Shown here: positions 38,657 to 51,500 of the stretch, one piece after another
How the letters are laid out: each line of letters opens with the position of its first letter
How positions within the stretch are numbered: position 1 is the stretch's first letter
Source of the DNA: Blastocatellia bacterium
GTDB lineage: Bacteria; Acidobacteriota; Blastocatellia; HR10; J050
Direction of reading: 5' to 3'
Assembly (NCBI GenBank): GCA_026985075.1
Contig: JALSQX010000053.1
Location: 92,773 to 156,772, forward strand
DNA: 64,000 nt
The notes under the pieces: model-generated
Told to the model about the DNA's origin: nothing
Database searches by the model: none
Seen by the model: only the letters and a program-made list of their open reading frames with translations
Made by a program: the position numbers and the translations under genes

Positions 38657-40012
38657 ATGAAAAGGACGGTGATTCTCACCACAACGCTCCTCGCCCTCAC
38701 CTGCACAGCAGTCGGGTTCGTTCAACGCGCGACTTCCGATCTACGCCAACAGACGTTCGAACTCGTTTGGCGCCGGGTCAAAGAGAGACACTACGACCCG
38801 CAGCTCAACGGCGTGGATTGGGATGCCGTTCACGAGAAGTATGCGCCCCTGGTGGCCGCCGCTCGAAGTGATGACGAATTTTACGCTCTTCTGAATCGGA
38901 TGTTGGGCGAGTTACACCAATCTCACTTCGCCGTTATTCCCCCATCGGTCACCATTGACGAAGACGCCGAGGTGAGGGCATCGGGGGAATCACCGTCCGA
39001 CAAGCGCGCTGATCACCGCGCCGGTCGTGACGCCGATGTGGGATTGACCGTCCAATGGGTCGAGGGCCAACCGGTCATCACGCGCCTCGAAGCTCATTCG
39101 CCGGCCGCCCGCGCGGGACTGCGTCCCGGATTCGTCGTCACTCACATTGATGAGAAGCCGGTGAGCGAACTGTGGGAGAAGCTGGCTCTCCGAAAGGTGC
39201 GTCCGGTGGAGAGGCGCTCTCTGCTGATGCGCCTGATCGATCGTCGACTGCGCGGACCGGCTGGTTCGACGGTTCGAATCGGTTATCTCGATGAGCGCGA
39301 CCATCCCCGTACGGTGATCGTGGAGCGGCAGCCCCCCGATGGGCGCCCGGTCAAATTCGGCGAATTGCCCGTCGTTTACACCAAGATGGAGGCGCGTCGG
39401 CTGGTGCACGGCATTGGCTACCTGCGATTCAACATGTTCATGATGCCCCTGCTCGAAGAGATTCAACGGGCCGTGCGATCGTTTCATGATGCGCCGGGGA
39501 TCATCATCGATCTTCGCGGCAATCCCGGTGGCCTGGGTGGCATGGCCACGGCCGTGGCGCGGCTGTTCTACAAGAAACGAACACTGCTGGGCACGATGAA
39601 GTTGCGGCGGGGCGAGATCCGGTTCACCGTATTTCCGGCGCCGGATGCCTATGCGGGTCCCGTAGTCATTCTCACCGATGAGGGGACGGCCAGTACGGCG
39701 GAGATACTCGCCGGGGGAATGCAAGAGACGGGACGGGCCATCGTCGTCGGGCGGCCCTCGTTGGGCGCCGTCCTCCCTTCGGTGATCGAGAAGCTCCCCA
39801 CGGGAGCGCGACTCCAATATGCCATTGCCGATTTCAAAACGCCCGGAGGCCTTCTCCTCGAAGGTCGCGGCGTACAGCCGGACGTCCCGGTCGAGCTCAC
39901 CCGTCGCGATCTCCTCACGCGATCCGATCCCATCCTGGAACGCGCCATATCGGTGATCGTGCACCAACCACCTGCCGGGAAAGTCTCCGCCGCCGGGGAT
40001 CAATCTCATTGA
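38657..40012 (+). CDS. S41-family peptidase (C-terminal processing/tail-specific protease-like) with PDZ domain, secreted
   Basis: Signal peptide MKRTVILTTTLLALTCTA. S41 catalytic region IIDLRGNPGG...VVILTDEGTASTAEILAG. The track ORF has a long spurious N-terminal extension from 38153. Confidence 0.8.
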   Translation: MKRTVILTTTLLALTCTAVGFVQRATSDLRQQTFELVWRRVKERHYDPQLNGVDWDAVHEKYAPLVAAARSDDEFYALLNRMLGELHQSHFAVIPPSVTIDEDAEVRASGESPSDKRADHRAGRDADVGLTVQWVEGQPVITRLEAHSPAARAGLRPGFVVTHIDEKPVSELWEKLALRKVRPVERRSLLMRLIDRRLRGPAGSTVRIGYLDERDHPRTVIVERQPPDGRPVKFGELPVVYTKMEARRLVHGIGYLRFNMFMMPLLEEIQRAVRSFHDAPGIIIDLRGNPGGLGGMATAVARLFYKKRTLLGTMKLRRGEIRFTVFPAPDAYAGPVVILTDEGTASTAEILAGGMQETGRAIVVGRPSLGAVLPSVIEKLPTGARLQYAIADFKTPGGLLLEGRGVQPDVPVELTRRDLLTRSDPILERAISVIVHQPPAGKVSAAGDQSH

Positions 40013-40024
40013 GGAGGAAATGTG

Positions 40025-40831
40025 ATGAACCTCGCACTCTCTCTCGTGATCGCACTCACCGGTCTCGCCTGGTCCCCCCATGGATGGACCCAGGAAGCCC
40101 ACGCTCAGGGGTCGGCGACCAAAAAGATCGAGCTCACTGCCGATCAGGTGCTGGAAAAGTTCGTCGAAGCGACGGGGGGACGCCAAGCGTACGAGAAACT
40201 CACCAGTTTCGTCGCTCGCGGGACGCTGGACATTCCCGCCCAAGGGATTCGAGGGACCATTCAGATTTACGCCAAGGCGCCGAACAAGCTGCTCGTCATC
40301 CAAACCGTCGAGGGGGTAGGCGAACTCAGGCAGGGATACGATGGCCAGGTGGCCTGGAGTCAAGATCCGTTTCAAGGCCTTCGTGAAATGGACGGCGTAG
40401 AGTTGGCCAACTTCAAGCGCGAGGCGACGTTCAACGCCGAACTGAAATGGCGAGAACTCTACGAGAAGGTCGAACTCATCGGCACCGAGAAAGTGGGAGA
40501 TCACCAGACTTATGTCATTCGTCTGACGCCTCATCTTGGTCGCCCGATCACCCAGTACTACGATGCGGAAACGTTCCTGCTGCTGCGCCAGGATTCCGTC
40601 TATGAAGGACCGCAAGGGACGATCCCCGGTCAAGAGTACTTCTCCGATTATCGAGAGGTGAGCGGCGTGAAGGTCCCATTCCGCGTCGTCCAGAAAAGCT
40701 CCCTCGGCGAAGCCGTCATGAGCCTGACCAGCATCAACCCGAACGTCAAGATCGACGACGCCCGGTTCACCAAACCGACGGCAGGTGACCAGAAAGAGAC
40801 GCGTCAGGGAAAGCGGAGCGGGACTGAATAG
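40025..40831 (+). CDS. Hypothetical secreted protein (possible LolA-like fold)
   Basis: Signal peptide MMNLALSLVIALTGLAWS. GAGGAGG lies 7 nt upstream of the ATG. No confident family. Confidence 0.5.
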   Translation: MNLALSLVIALTGLAWSPHGWTQEAHAQGSATKKIELTADQVLEKFVEATGGRQAYEKLTSFVARGTLDIPAQGIRGTIQIYAKAPNKLLVIQTVEGVGELRQGYDGQVAWSQDPFQGLREMDGVELANFKREATFNAELKWRELYEKVELIGTEKVGDHQTYVIRLTPHLGRPITQYYDAETFLLLRQDSVYEGPQGTIPGQEYFSDYREVSGVKVPFRVVQKSSLGEAVMSLTSINPNVKIDDARFTKPTAGDQKETRQGKRSGTE

Positions 40832-40848
40832 CCGAGCGCTCCCTCTCC

Positions 40849-41649
40849 ATGCTCACCGGTGAGATGCATCCACCGATTCACCCTCAGGCGCGCCTCTTCG
40901 ACGGGTGCGCCGACCTCTATCTGCGATATCGCCCTCCATATCCAGAAGCGGCCATCGACACCATTTCGGCCGGGCTCAATTTGACTCCAGATGGGTGGAT
41001 CTGCGATCTCGGGGCGGGGCCGGGCACGTTGAGCTTCCTCCTGGCCGAACGCGGCTACCGCCTGGTGGCCGTGGAACCACTGGCAAGAATGCGCGCCTGT
41101 GGCGCCCGATGGGCTCGGGAGCGCCAACGTCCGGTGATGTTCCTCGGCGGGCAGGCCGAGGCCATTCCCCTCGCCGACGGGTCGGTTCAGGCCGTGGTCT
41201 GCGGACAGGCATTCCACTGGTTCCAGACCGGGCGCGCCCTCGCCGAGATCTGGCGCGTGCTCACACCGACCGGCGGCCTGGCGCTGCTCTGGAACAATCG
41301 CGACTGGCAACACACCCCCTGGCTGGCTCGACTGGAACGCCTGCTGATGAAGTACAACCCTCAATATACGCCCAGTTATCGTGCCCGCGACTGGTCTCAG
41401 ATGTTACGTGAAACCCACCTCTTCACCCGAATCGCGCGGTGCGAATTCTCTCACGAGATGGAGGCCACGTCCGAGCACATACTCGGGCTCATCGCATCGC
41501 TCTCTTACGTCCGCATCCTGCCCGGCGAGCGCCGCCAACAACTCAGGCGGGAAGTGGTGACATTGCTGGATCAGGAGCGCGTCTTGACGCGCCGCTCGAT
41601 GCTCCCGCTGAGATATCGCACAGAGCTTTATCTGGCCTGGAAATGCTGA
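40849..41649 (+). CDS. Class I SAM-dependent methyltransferase
   Basis: ICDLGAGPGTLSFLLAERGYRLVAVEP (motif I and post-I). Methyltransf_11-like. Confidence 0.7.
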   Translation: MLTGEMHPPIHPQARLFDGCADLYLRYRPPYPEAAIDTISAGLNLTPDGWICDLGAGPGTLSFLLAERGYRLVAVEPLARMRACGARWARERQRPVMFLGGQAEAIPLADGSVQAVVCGQAFHWFQTGRALAEIWRVLTPTGGLALLWNNRDWQHTPWLARLERLLMKYNPQYTPSYRARDWSQMLRETHLFTRIARCEFSHEMEATSEHILGLIASLSYVRILPGERRQQLRREVVTLLDQERVLTRRSMLPLRYRTELYLAWKC

Positions 41650-41972
41650 GTGCTGAGGCGTCTCACCCCGCCATACGGACGAACGATCGGTGAAGCCACC
41701 AGTCGCCCGGGAAGTCATGGTCGATGCGCATCGCCTCACTTCTTCTTCACCATTGCTGTCTCCGCTCCCCGGTCGTCCCAGCGGCAAGACCTTCGAACCA
41801 AGATCCATCTCCGGCTCTCTTTCTGCCCGGCACCGAAGATTATCCCCCAGTTGTGGAAATCTCGGAGTGAGTTCACTATAATGAGTCGTTCGGATCGTAC
41901 GAGCTGCTGCATCATCAGCGGCGAACTGGGTGAGAGATCACATGGACACTCTGTCAGAGGGTGGATAAGAAC

Positions 41973-43097
41973 ATGAGTACATTCATCAAAGGTCTCGAAG
42001 GTGTTGTCGTTGCTCAATCCCAACTCAGCTATATCGATGGCCAGGCGGGGCAATTGATTTATCGTGGATACCATATTCATGATCTGGCGGCCCACTCGAG
42101 TTTTGAGGAGGTGGCGTATCTGTTGTGGAACGGGCGGTTGCCTACGAGAGCCGAACTCGATGAGTTGAAACACCAGTTGGCGCTCAACCGTCAACTTCCC
42201 AATGGGCTCCTGACGCTGCTGCGTTCGCTCCCGACGACGGCGCCCCCTATGACGGTGCTGCGCACGGCGGTCTCGGCCGCTGCCATGTTTGATCCGGAAG
42301 CCGAGGATGTCTCGCTGGAGGCGAGCCGGCGAAAGGCTATTCGCCTGGCTGCGCAGATCCCGACGATTGTCGCGACATATGAGCGATTGCGCCGGGGAGA
42401 AGATCCCATTCTTCCTCGCGAAGACCTGGACCAGGCGGCGAATTATCTCTACATGCAGACGGGTCAGGTTCCTGATCCGGAAAATGCTCGAGCGTTGGAT
42501 CAATACTTCATCCTGTTGGCCGATCATGGAATGAATGCCTCCACTTTTGCCGCCCGCGTGACGACGGGCACGCTGGCCGATATACACTCGGCCATCACGT
42601 CGGCTCTCGCCACCCTCAAAGGCCCGCTCCATGGCGGCGCCAACCAGAAGGCGATGGAAATGCTTCAGGAGATTGGCGAACCCGACAACGTGGACGCGTA
42701 CATCAAACGCGCACTGGCCGAGAAGCGTCGGATCATGGGATTCGGACACCGCGTCTATAAGACGGAAGATCCCCGCGCCACCGTTCTCCGCCGCATGTCG
42801 AAAGAGTTGTGCCAGAGAATGGGCGCCACGAAATGGTATGACATCTCGCGTCGCATTGAGGAATTGGTGACTGCCGAGAAGGGGATCTATCCCAACGTCG
42901 ACTTCTACTCGGCCTCGGTGCTCTATGTGCTGGGGATTCCGGTCGATCTCTTCACGCCGATGTTCGCCTGTAGTCGCATCGTCGGCTGGACGGCCCACGT
43001 GCTGGAGCAGTTAGCCGACAACCGCTTGATTCGTCCCCGCGCTGAATATGTGGGTCCCAAGGACCTCAAGTACGTGCCCATTGATGAACGGGCATGA
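41973..43097 (+). CDS. gltA: Citrate synthase (small, about 375-aa type; citrate/2-methylcitrate synthase family)
   Basis: GFGHRVYKTEDPRA active-site His motif and a further conserved His (HGGAN). GTG at 41961 is an alternative start. Confidence 0.9.
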   Translation: MSTFIKGLEGVVVAQSQLSYIDGQAGQLIYRGYHIHDLAAHSSFEEVAYLLWNGRLPTRAELDELKHQLALNRQLPNGLLTLLRSLPTTAPPMTVLRTAVSAAAMFDPEAEDVSLEASRRKAIRLAAQIPTIVATYERLRRGEDPILPREDLDQAANYLYMQTGQVPDPENARALDQYFILLADHGMNASTFAARVTTGTLADIHSAITSALATLKGPLHGGANQKAMEMLQEIGEPDNVDAYIKRALAEKRRIMGFGHRVYKTEDPRATVLRRMSKELCQRMGATKWYDISRRIEELVTAEKGIYPNVDFYSASVLYVLGIPVDLFTPMFACSRIVGWTAHVLEQLADNRLIRPRAEYVGPKDLKYVPIDERA

Positions 43098-43222
43098 ACG
43101 GGCGGCTGGTCCGAGGAATGGAAGGCGAGAGGAGGCGCGCCTCATCACACCGGCTCGATGGACAAGGGGAAATGGCTTCCAGGGCGAGTGCACCGCCACA
43201 GTAGTGCGGTTCATCTTCCCCC

Positions 43223-43711
43223 TCACTTTCTGCTCTCCTCACTGAGCCCTTCGAACTGCCGAATCGCCGCCCGCAGCCCCTCGGGCAACGGGATGGCCCT
43301 GCCCGCCTCATAATCCACCCAGGCGACGACCGAACTCCCGTCGGCGACGAGCACGTCCGTTCCCCGTCGATAGATCTCGTATTCCAGCGTGAAGCTTCGA
43401 TTCCCGATCTCGCTCACCCGCGCGCCAACGTCCAGCCAGGCCGGATAGTGGACCTGCTGCCTGAATCGGCACGTGGCGGTGACCAGCGCCGGACCTTGGC
43501 GATCATGTTCCCGATATTTCCATAACTCGATGGCCTCAAAGTAACTCATGCGCGCCGACTCGCAATAAGTGAAATACGCGGCATTGTTGACGTGCCCGAG
43601 AGCGTCCATATCGCCCCAGCGCACGGCGATAGCGTGCCAGTGCTTGAATTGCTCTCGCATAAGGTCACGTATTGTGATCACCGGGAGATATTCTGTCAAT
43701 CGCGATGACAC
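43223..43711 (-). CDS. Hotdog-fold acyl-CoA thioesterase (4HBT/YbgC-like)
   Basis: GHVNNAAYFTYCESARMSYFE, typical 4HBT active-site region. Confidence 0.75.
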   Translation of the reverse strand: MSSRLTEYLPVITIRDLMREQFKHWHAIAVRWGDMDALGHVNNAAYFTYCESARMSYFEAIELWKYREHDRQGPALVTATCRFRQQVHYPAWLDVGARVSEIGNRSFTLEYEIYRRGTDVLVADGSSVVAWVDYEAGRAIPLPEGLRAAIRQFEGLSEESRK

Positions 43712-43864
43712 GATCTTCGACCAAGAGGCGTGATCGTCACTCTGGATGTCGCGCGATCCTCGGCGGACCGGACTTCGGGCTCATCCTGCGCCCGCTCCCA
43801 GCAGGCGAATCGAATCCCGATGTGTGCGCCCGTTCACCGACATCTTGTTTTTGTGCCGCTAGCC

Positions 43865-43893
43865 TTGCTGTTTACCGATGAATCGTCTATTTT
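43865..43893 (+). promoter_or_regulatory. Weak candidate promoter TTGCTG-N17-TATTTT upstream of aceE
   Basis: Sequence match only. The leader to ATG 44079 would be about 180 nt. Confidence 0.2.
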
Positions 43894-44078
43894 TTCCAAC
43901 CTATGGCAAAGTGAGCCGCTCTGAGGGTTGGCGTCCATGAATGTGTTGAGGGGCATGACACAGCGGCGATGGCAAAGACTATGAGCCAGCTATTCCATAC
44001 GGGGCCACTCCCCCTCCTCGTCCGGCGATGGCTCGAGCGGCTCGCTTTGCGAATCTACATGGAGAAGGATGAAAAACG

Positions 44079-46766
<2,688 letters not shown>

Positions 46767-46777
46767 AGTGAGGACCT

Positions 46778-48133
46778 ATGGCCATCGAATTCACGCTCCC
46801 CGAGCTTGGTGAGCATATTGAGTCGGCGGAAGTGGTTCGGGTGCTGGTGTCGGTGGGGGACCGGGTGGAGAAGGATCAACCCCTGCTGGAAGTGGAGACC
46901 GACAAGGCGAGCATCGAAGTCCCCTCCCCGGCCAATGGTACCGTCACTGCCCTCCACGTCCGCGAAGGAGATACCGTCCGCGTCGGTCAACCCCTCCTCA
47001 CCCTGGAAGAAACGACCGCTGAGGCTGGAGAGAAAGCGGAAGCAGGGGTGGAGACGAAGGAGGCGGCCAAGGTGATGATCCGGGAAGAGCGCCGCGTCGA
47101 CCGGGAGCCGATCGTGGAGCCCACCGAGCCGAGTGCGACGAGCACGCCATCGAGTCGGCGTGCCGCGGTCGTCGAGTTCACTCGCCGCCCACCTCGCCCC
47201 GCGACCCATGCGGAGGCGGCCAGGCGAGTCATCCCGGCGGCGCCGTCAGTGCGCCGGCTGGCCCGCGAGTTGGGCATCGACATCCAGGACGTTCCCGGTT
47301 CCGGGCCCGGCGGTCGCATCTCCGTTCAGGACGTGAAGAATTATGCCCGGCGCCTCCTCGGCGAGCGGAAGGCGGAAACGCCCGCCGCCGCTCTCCCCAC
47401 CGCTCCTCCACTGCCTGATTTCAGTCAGTGGGGTGAGATCGAACGCCGGCCCATGTCCAACGTCCGGCGCATCACGGCGGAGAACATGAGCCGGGCATGG
47501 GCCCTCATCCCCCACGTCACCCAACACGATAAGGCCGACATCACCGAACTGGAGCGCTTGCGCAAACAATTCGCCCCTCGCGCCGAGGCCGCCGGAGGGA
47601 AACTGACTATCACGGCCATCATTCTCAAAGTCGCCGCCGCCGCTCTGAAAGCCTTTCCTCAGTTCAACACCAGTCTGGACGTGGCCAACAACGAGATCAT
47701 CTATAAGAAGTATTATCACATCGGCGTCGCCGTGGATACGGATCGGGGATTGCTCGTCCCGGTCATTCGCGATGTGGATAAGAAGAATCTGATCGAACTG
47801 GCCGTCGAACTCCATCACATGGCCGAGAAGGCGCGGGCGCGAAAGCTCACCGTGGATGAACTGCAAGGCGGCACATTCAGCATCACCAATCTGGGTGGCA
47901 TCGGTGGGACGTCTTTCTCGCCCATCGTCTACTATCCTCAGGTGGCCATTCTGGGCGTCTCCCGCGCTCAGTGGGAGCCGGCGCTCATCGACGGTCAATT
48001 CCAGCCGCGATTGATATTGCCCCTGTCGCTCTCTTATGACCATCGAGTGATTGACGGAGCGGATGCCGCACGCTTTCTCCGATGGATCGCCGAAGCTCTG
48101 GAGCAACCTTTCCGGCTCATCCTGGAAGGATGA
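46778..48133 (+). CDS. aceF: Dihydrolipoamide acetyltransferase (PDH E2)
   Basis: Lipoyl domain (VETDKASIEVPSP). E3-binding domain (PSVRRLARELGIDIQDV). Catalytic domain with DHRVIDG. Confidence 0.9.
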   Translation: MAIEFTLPELGEHIESAEVVRVLVSVGDRVEKDQPLLEVETDKASIEVPSPANGTVTALHVREGDTVRVGQPLLTLEETTAEAGEKAEAGVETKEAAKVMIREERRVDREPIVEPTEPSATSTPSSRRAAVVEFTRRPPRPATHAEAARRVIPAAPSVRRLARELGIDIQDVPGSGPGGRISVQDVKNYARRLLGERKAETPAAALPTAPPLPDFSQWGEIERRPMSNVRRITAENMSRAWALIPHVTQHDKADITELERLRKQFAPRAEAAGGKLTITAIILKVAAAALKAFPQFNTSLDVANNEIIYKKYYHIGVAVDTDRGLLVPVIRDVDKKNLIELAVELHHMAEKARARKLTVDELQGGTFSITNLGGIGGTSFSPIVYYPQVAILGVSRAQWEPALIDGQFQPRLILPLSLSYDHRVIDGADAARFLRWIAEALEQPFRLILEG

Positions 48134-48301
48134 GATCATGGCGGGTGATCGGTGATGAATGGAGACCACGGGGCGAGAAGCGATCAACGAGCCGGTCTCC
48201 CCACATCGGCAGCGTGTTCTCCAGGTTCGCGTTTCGTGCTTTACGTATCCGGACGCACAGGTTACGCTTCATCGTTCACTGATTTCGGACTGAGGAGCTG
48301 A

Positions 48302-49729
48302 ATGATGGCAGAAAACGTCAGATCGACGCAAGTCGCGGTCATCGGTGGTGGTCCTGGTGGCTATCCGGCCGCCTTCCTGGCCGCCGATCTGGGATTGCAG
48401 GTGACGCTCATCGACATGGAGCCGAACCCTGGCGGCGTCTGTTTGTATCGCGGATGCATTCCCTCCAAGGCGCTCCTTCACGTGGCCAAAGTGATCAGCG
48501 AAGCGCGTCACGCCGCTCGCTGGGGAGTGACGTTCGCCGAGCCTCGGATTGATCTGGACCGACTCCGGGAGTGGAAAGAGAGCGTCGTCCAGAAGCTGAC
48601 CGGCGGACTGGGACAGCTCTCCAAGCAGCGTCGCATCACCTATATTCAAGGCCGAGCCACGTTCCTCGATCCTCACACGCTGAGAATCGAGAATCAGTCT
48701 GGCGAAGAGATTCTCAAGTTCGAGCGGGCCATCCTGGCCACCGGATCGCGTCCGGCGACGCTCCCCAATCTCTCCATCGACAGCCCGCGCATCATGAACT
48801 CGACCAGCGCCCTGGATCTGCCCGACATTCCCAAGACCATGCTGATCGTCGGCGGTGGCTACATCGGGCTGGAGCTGGGAACCGTCTATGCGGCGCTGGG
48901 GACGAAGGTCTCCGTAGTGGAAATGATGCCCGGGCTCATACCGGGACTCGATCGGGATCTGGTCTCCATCCTGACCAAGCGACTGGAGACGATCTTCGAG
49001 GCCATCATGCTCAACACTCGCGTGGTGGGCATGAAGGAGGAGAAGAAGGGCATTCGGGTCAAATTGGAAGGCCTTCAGGTGAAACAACCGGAGCAGGTCT
49101 ATGAGCGCGTGCTCATCTGCGTGGGGCGTAAACCGAATTCTCAGGATCTGGGTCTGGAGAACACCAAGGTCGAAATCGATCGACGCGGATTCATTCAAGT
49201 CGATGCTCAACGCCGAACGGCCGAGCCGACGATCTACGCCATCGGCGACGTGGCTGGCGAACCGATGTTGGCTCACAAAGCGACGCACGAAGGCCGCGTG
49301 GCCGCCGAAGCCATCGCCGGGCGACGCGTCGCCTACGAGCCTCGGGCCGTCCCCGCCGTCGTGTTCACCGATCCGGAGATCGCTTACTGCGGTTTGACCG
49401 AAACCGCGGCGCGCGAGCAAAAACGCCCGATTAAGGTCGCCCGATTCCCTTGGGCGGCATCAGGTCGGGCGGTGACGCTGGATCGCACCGATGGATTGAC
49501 CAAGTTGATCATCGATCCGGAGACGGAGCGCGTCCTCGGCGTGGGCATCGTTGGACCGGGCGCCGGCGAGTTGATCTCCGAAGGCGTCCTGGCCGTCGAA
49601 ATGGCGGCGCTCGCTTCCGACGTCGAATTGAGCATTCATCCTCATCCCACGCTCTCGGAAACGATCATGGAAGCGGCGGAAGCGTTCTATGGTCATAGCA
49701 CGCACGTCTATCGCCCGAAGAAAAAATGA
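48302..49729 (+). CDS. lpdA: Dihydrolipoyl dehydrogenase (E3)
   Basis: FAD motif GGGPGGYPAA, redox-active GGVCLYRGCIPSK disulfide, and a C-terminal HPHPTLSE interface motif. Confidence 0.92.
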   Translation: MMAENVRSTQVAVIGGGPGGYPAAFLAADLGLQVTLIDMEPNPGGVCLYRGCIPSKALLHVAKVISEARHAARWGVTFAEPRIDLDRLREWKESVVQKLTGGLGQLSKQRRITYIQGRATFLDPHTLRIENQSGEEILKFERAILATGSRPATLPNLSIDSPRIMNSTSALDLPDIPKTMLIVGGGYIGLELGTVYAALGTKVSVVEMMPGLIPGLDRDLVSILTKRLETIFEAIMLNTRVVGMKEEKKGIRVKLEGLQVKQPEQVYERVLICVGRKPNSQDLGLENTKVEIDRRGFIQVDAQRRTAEPTIYAIGDVAGEPMLAHKATHEGRVAAEAIAGRRVAYEPRAVPAVVFTDPEIAYCGLTETAAREQKRPIKVARFPWAASGRAVTLDRTDGLTKLIIDPETERVLGVGIVGPGAGELISEGVLAVEMAALASDVELSIHPHPTLSETIMEAAEAFYGHSTHVYRPKKK

Positions 49730-49908
49730 GCGGCGAAGGAGATGAATATCGAGCGAAAGCGTGAGGCCTCCTCGGCTCGGACGAACGGGAGGAAAGCGGC
49801 TGATGCCCATCGTCAGCCAGTGATCACCTGGGTGAACCATCGCGGGTCACGATCGATCTCCCGGAGGACGAGGGTGTACGGACTTTCGATGGACGCCCCG
49901 CCGAATGG

Positions 49909-49937
49909 TTGCTCCATGATATGGCGCGAAGTATACT
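49909..49937 (+). promoter_or_regulatory. Candidate promoter TTGCTC-N17-TATACT upstream of the glutamate dehydrogenase gene
   Basis: Sequence match, about 70 nt upstream of ATG 50006. Confidence 0.3.
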
Positions 49938-50005
49938 AACTGGGTGCTCGAGCGTGGCCGAGATCTGGCACGTGGGATATCTCCGACGCGAGCAATGAGG
50001 AACCT

Positions 50006-51421
50006 ATGGGCAAAAGGCATCTCTCGTTTTACGAATCGGTATTAGCCTTTTTTGATCGAGCCGCCGCTCATACGTCCTATGATCGGGGACTGCTCGATCA
50101 AATCAAGTACTGCAATAGCGTGTACCAATTCAAGTTCCCGCTCAAGCACGAGGATGGGACGATCGAAATCATCCAGGCATTCCGGGTGGAGCACAGTCAT
50201 CACAAGCTGCCCGTCAAGGGGGGAATCCGCTACAGCGAGATGGTCAACGAGGATGAGATCAAAGCGTTGGCGGCATTGATGACGTTCAAATGTGCCGTCG
50301 TCGATCTCCCGTTTGGTGGCGCCAAAGGCGGCGTCAAAATCGAACCACGAAAATACACCGTCAATCAACTGGAACGCATCACCCGCCGCTACACCGCCGA
50401 ACTCGCCAAGAAGAACTTCATCGGACCTGGCGTCGACGTGCCCGCTCCGGATTACGGTACGGGACCGCGCGAGATGGCCTGGATTCTGGACACCTATCAG
50501 GCGCTCAATCCGAGTATTGATTCTATCGCCTGCGTCACCGGCAAACCGGTCACCCAGTATGGCGTCCGGGGCCGAACCGAAGCCACCGGACGCGGCGTCT
50601 TCTACGGCATTCGCCACGCCCTCAGTTATGCCGAAGACATGAAAAAGCTGGGGCTCCAGCCGGGCATCGAAGGAAAACGCGTGGTGGTGCAAGGATTGGG
50701 AAACGTCGGATATCATGCGGCGAAATTCCTCCAAGAAGCGGGAGCCCTTCTCGTCGCCGTGGCCGAATATGATGGGGCCATCTATAACCCCGATGGATTG
50801 GATGTGGACGAGGTGCAACAACATCGTCGCGAGACGGGGACGATCCTGAATTTTCCCGGTGCCAGGAATTTCGCCAGGAACACCGACGCCCTGGAATACG
50901 AATGCGATATTCTCATTCCGGCGGCTCTGGAACGGCAAATCACCGAAGAGAACGCTCCTCGCATCCGCGCCAAGATCATCGCCGAGGCCGCCAATGGACC
51001 GACGACCATCGAAGCGGAACAGATGTTGCTCGAGCGCGGCGTGATGATCATTCCCGATCTCTACCTCAATGCCGGAGGCGTCACCGTCTCCTATTTCGAA
51101 TGGTTGAAGAACTTGAGCCACGTGCGTTTCGGTCGGTTGAGCAAGCGATTCGAAGAAGCATCCCGCAGCGCCCTCCTGGAATCGATCGAGCGCATCACCG
51201 GGAAGCATCTCTCGCCGGAGGAGCGGAAACTCATCGTGCGGGGCGCCGACGAAATCGATCTGGTCAATTCCGGCCTGGAAGAAACGATGATCACCGCCTA
51301 CGATGAGATTCGCGAGACGATGCTGCGGACGCCGGGCGTGACCGATCTGCGCACCGCCGCCTTTCTCAACGCCATCAATAAGGTCGCCATTGCCTATCTG
51401 GAACTGGGCATCTTTCCATAA
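50006..51421 (+). CDS. gdhA: Glutamate dehydrogenase (Glu/Leu/Phe/Val dehydrogenase family)
   Basis: Catalytic-Lys region [15 protein letters not shown] and a Rossmann GLGNVG motif. Confidence 0.9.
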   Translation: MGKRHLSFYESVLAFFDRAAAHTSYDRGLLDQIKYCNSVYQFKFPLKHEDGTIEIIQAFRVEHSHHKLPVKGGIRYSEMVNEDEIKALAALMTFKCAVVDLPFGGAKGGVKIEPRKYTVNQLERITRRYTAELAKKNFIGPGVDVPAPDYGTGPREMAWILDTYQALNPSIDSIACVTGKPVTQYGVRGRTEATGRGVFYGIRHALSYAEDMKKLGLQPGIEGKRVVVQGLGNVGYHAAKFLQEAGALLVAVAEYDGAIYNPDGLDVDEVQQHRRETGTILNFPGARNFARNTDALEYECDILIPAALERQITEENAPRIRAKIIAEAANGPTTIEAEQMLLERGVMIIPDLYLNAGGVTVSYFEWLKNLSHVRFGRLSKRFEEASRSALLESIERITGKHLSPEERKLIVRGADEIDLVNSGLEETMITAYDEIRETMLRTPGVTDLRTAAFLNAINKVAIAYLELGIFP

Positions 51422-51500
51422 TGCCGCGGAGAGGGAGACGGAAACGAGCCGAGATGACGACGGAGATTCTCTCTCCCTGCGCCATTGAGGAGGTCATCTG

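Noticed and set aside
38990-40633. 547-aa ORF antisense to the S41 peptidase and downstream gene
   Set aside because: No recognisable domains and a biased composition. The opposite strand encodes well-supported genes.
41736-42998. 420-aa ORF antisense to citrate synthase
   Set aside because: Antisense artefact of a GC-rich gene with no motifs.
48269-49420. 383-aa ORF antisense to lpd (with similar ORFs antisense to aceF at 47246-48187 and to gdh at 50042-51208)
   Set aside because: All are mirror ORFs of high-confidence metabolic genes.
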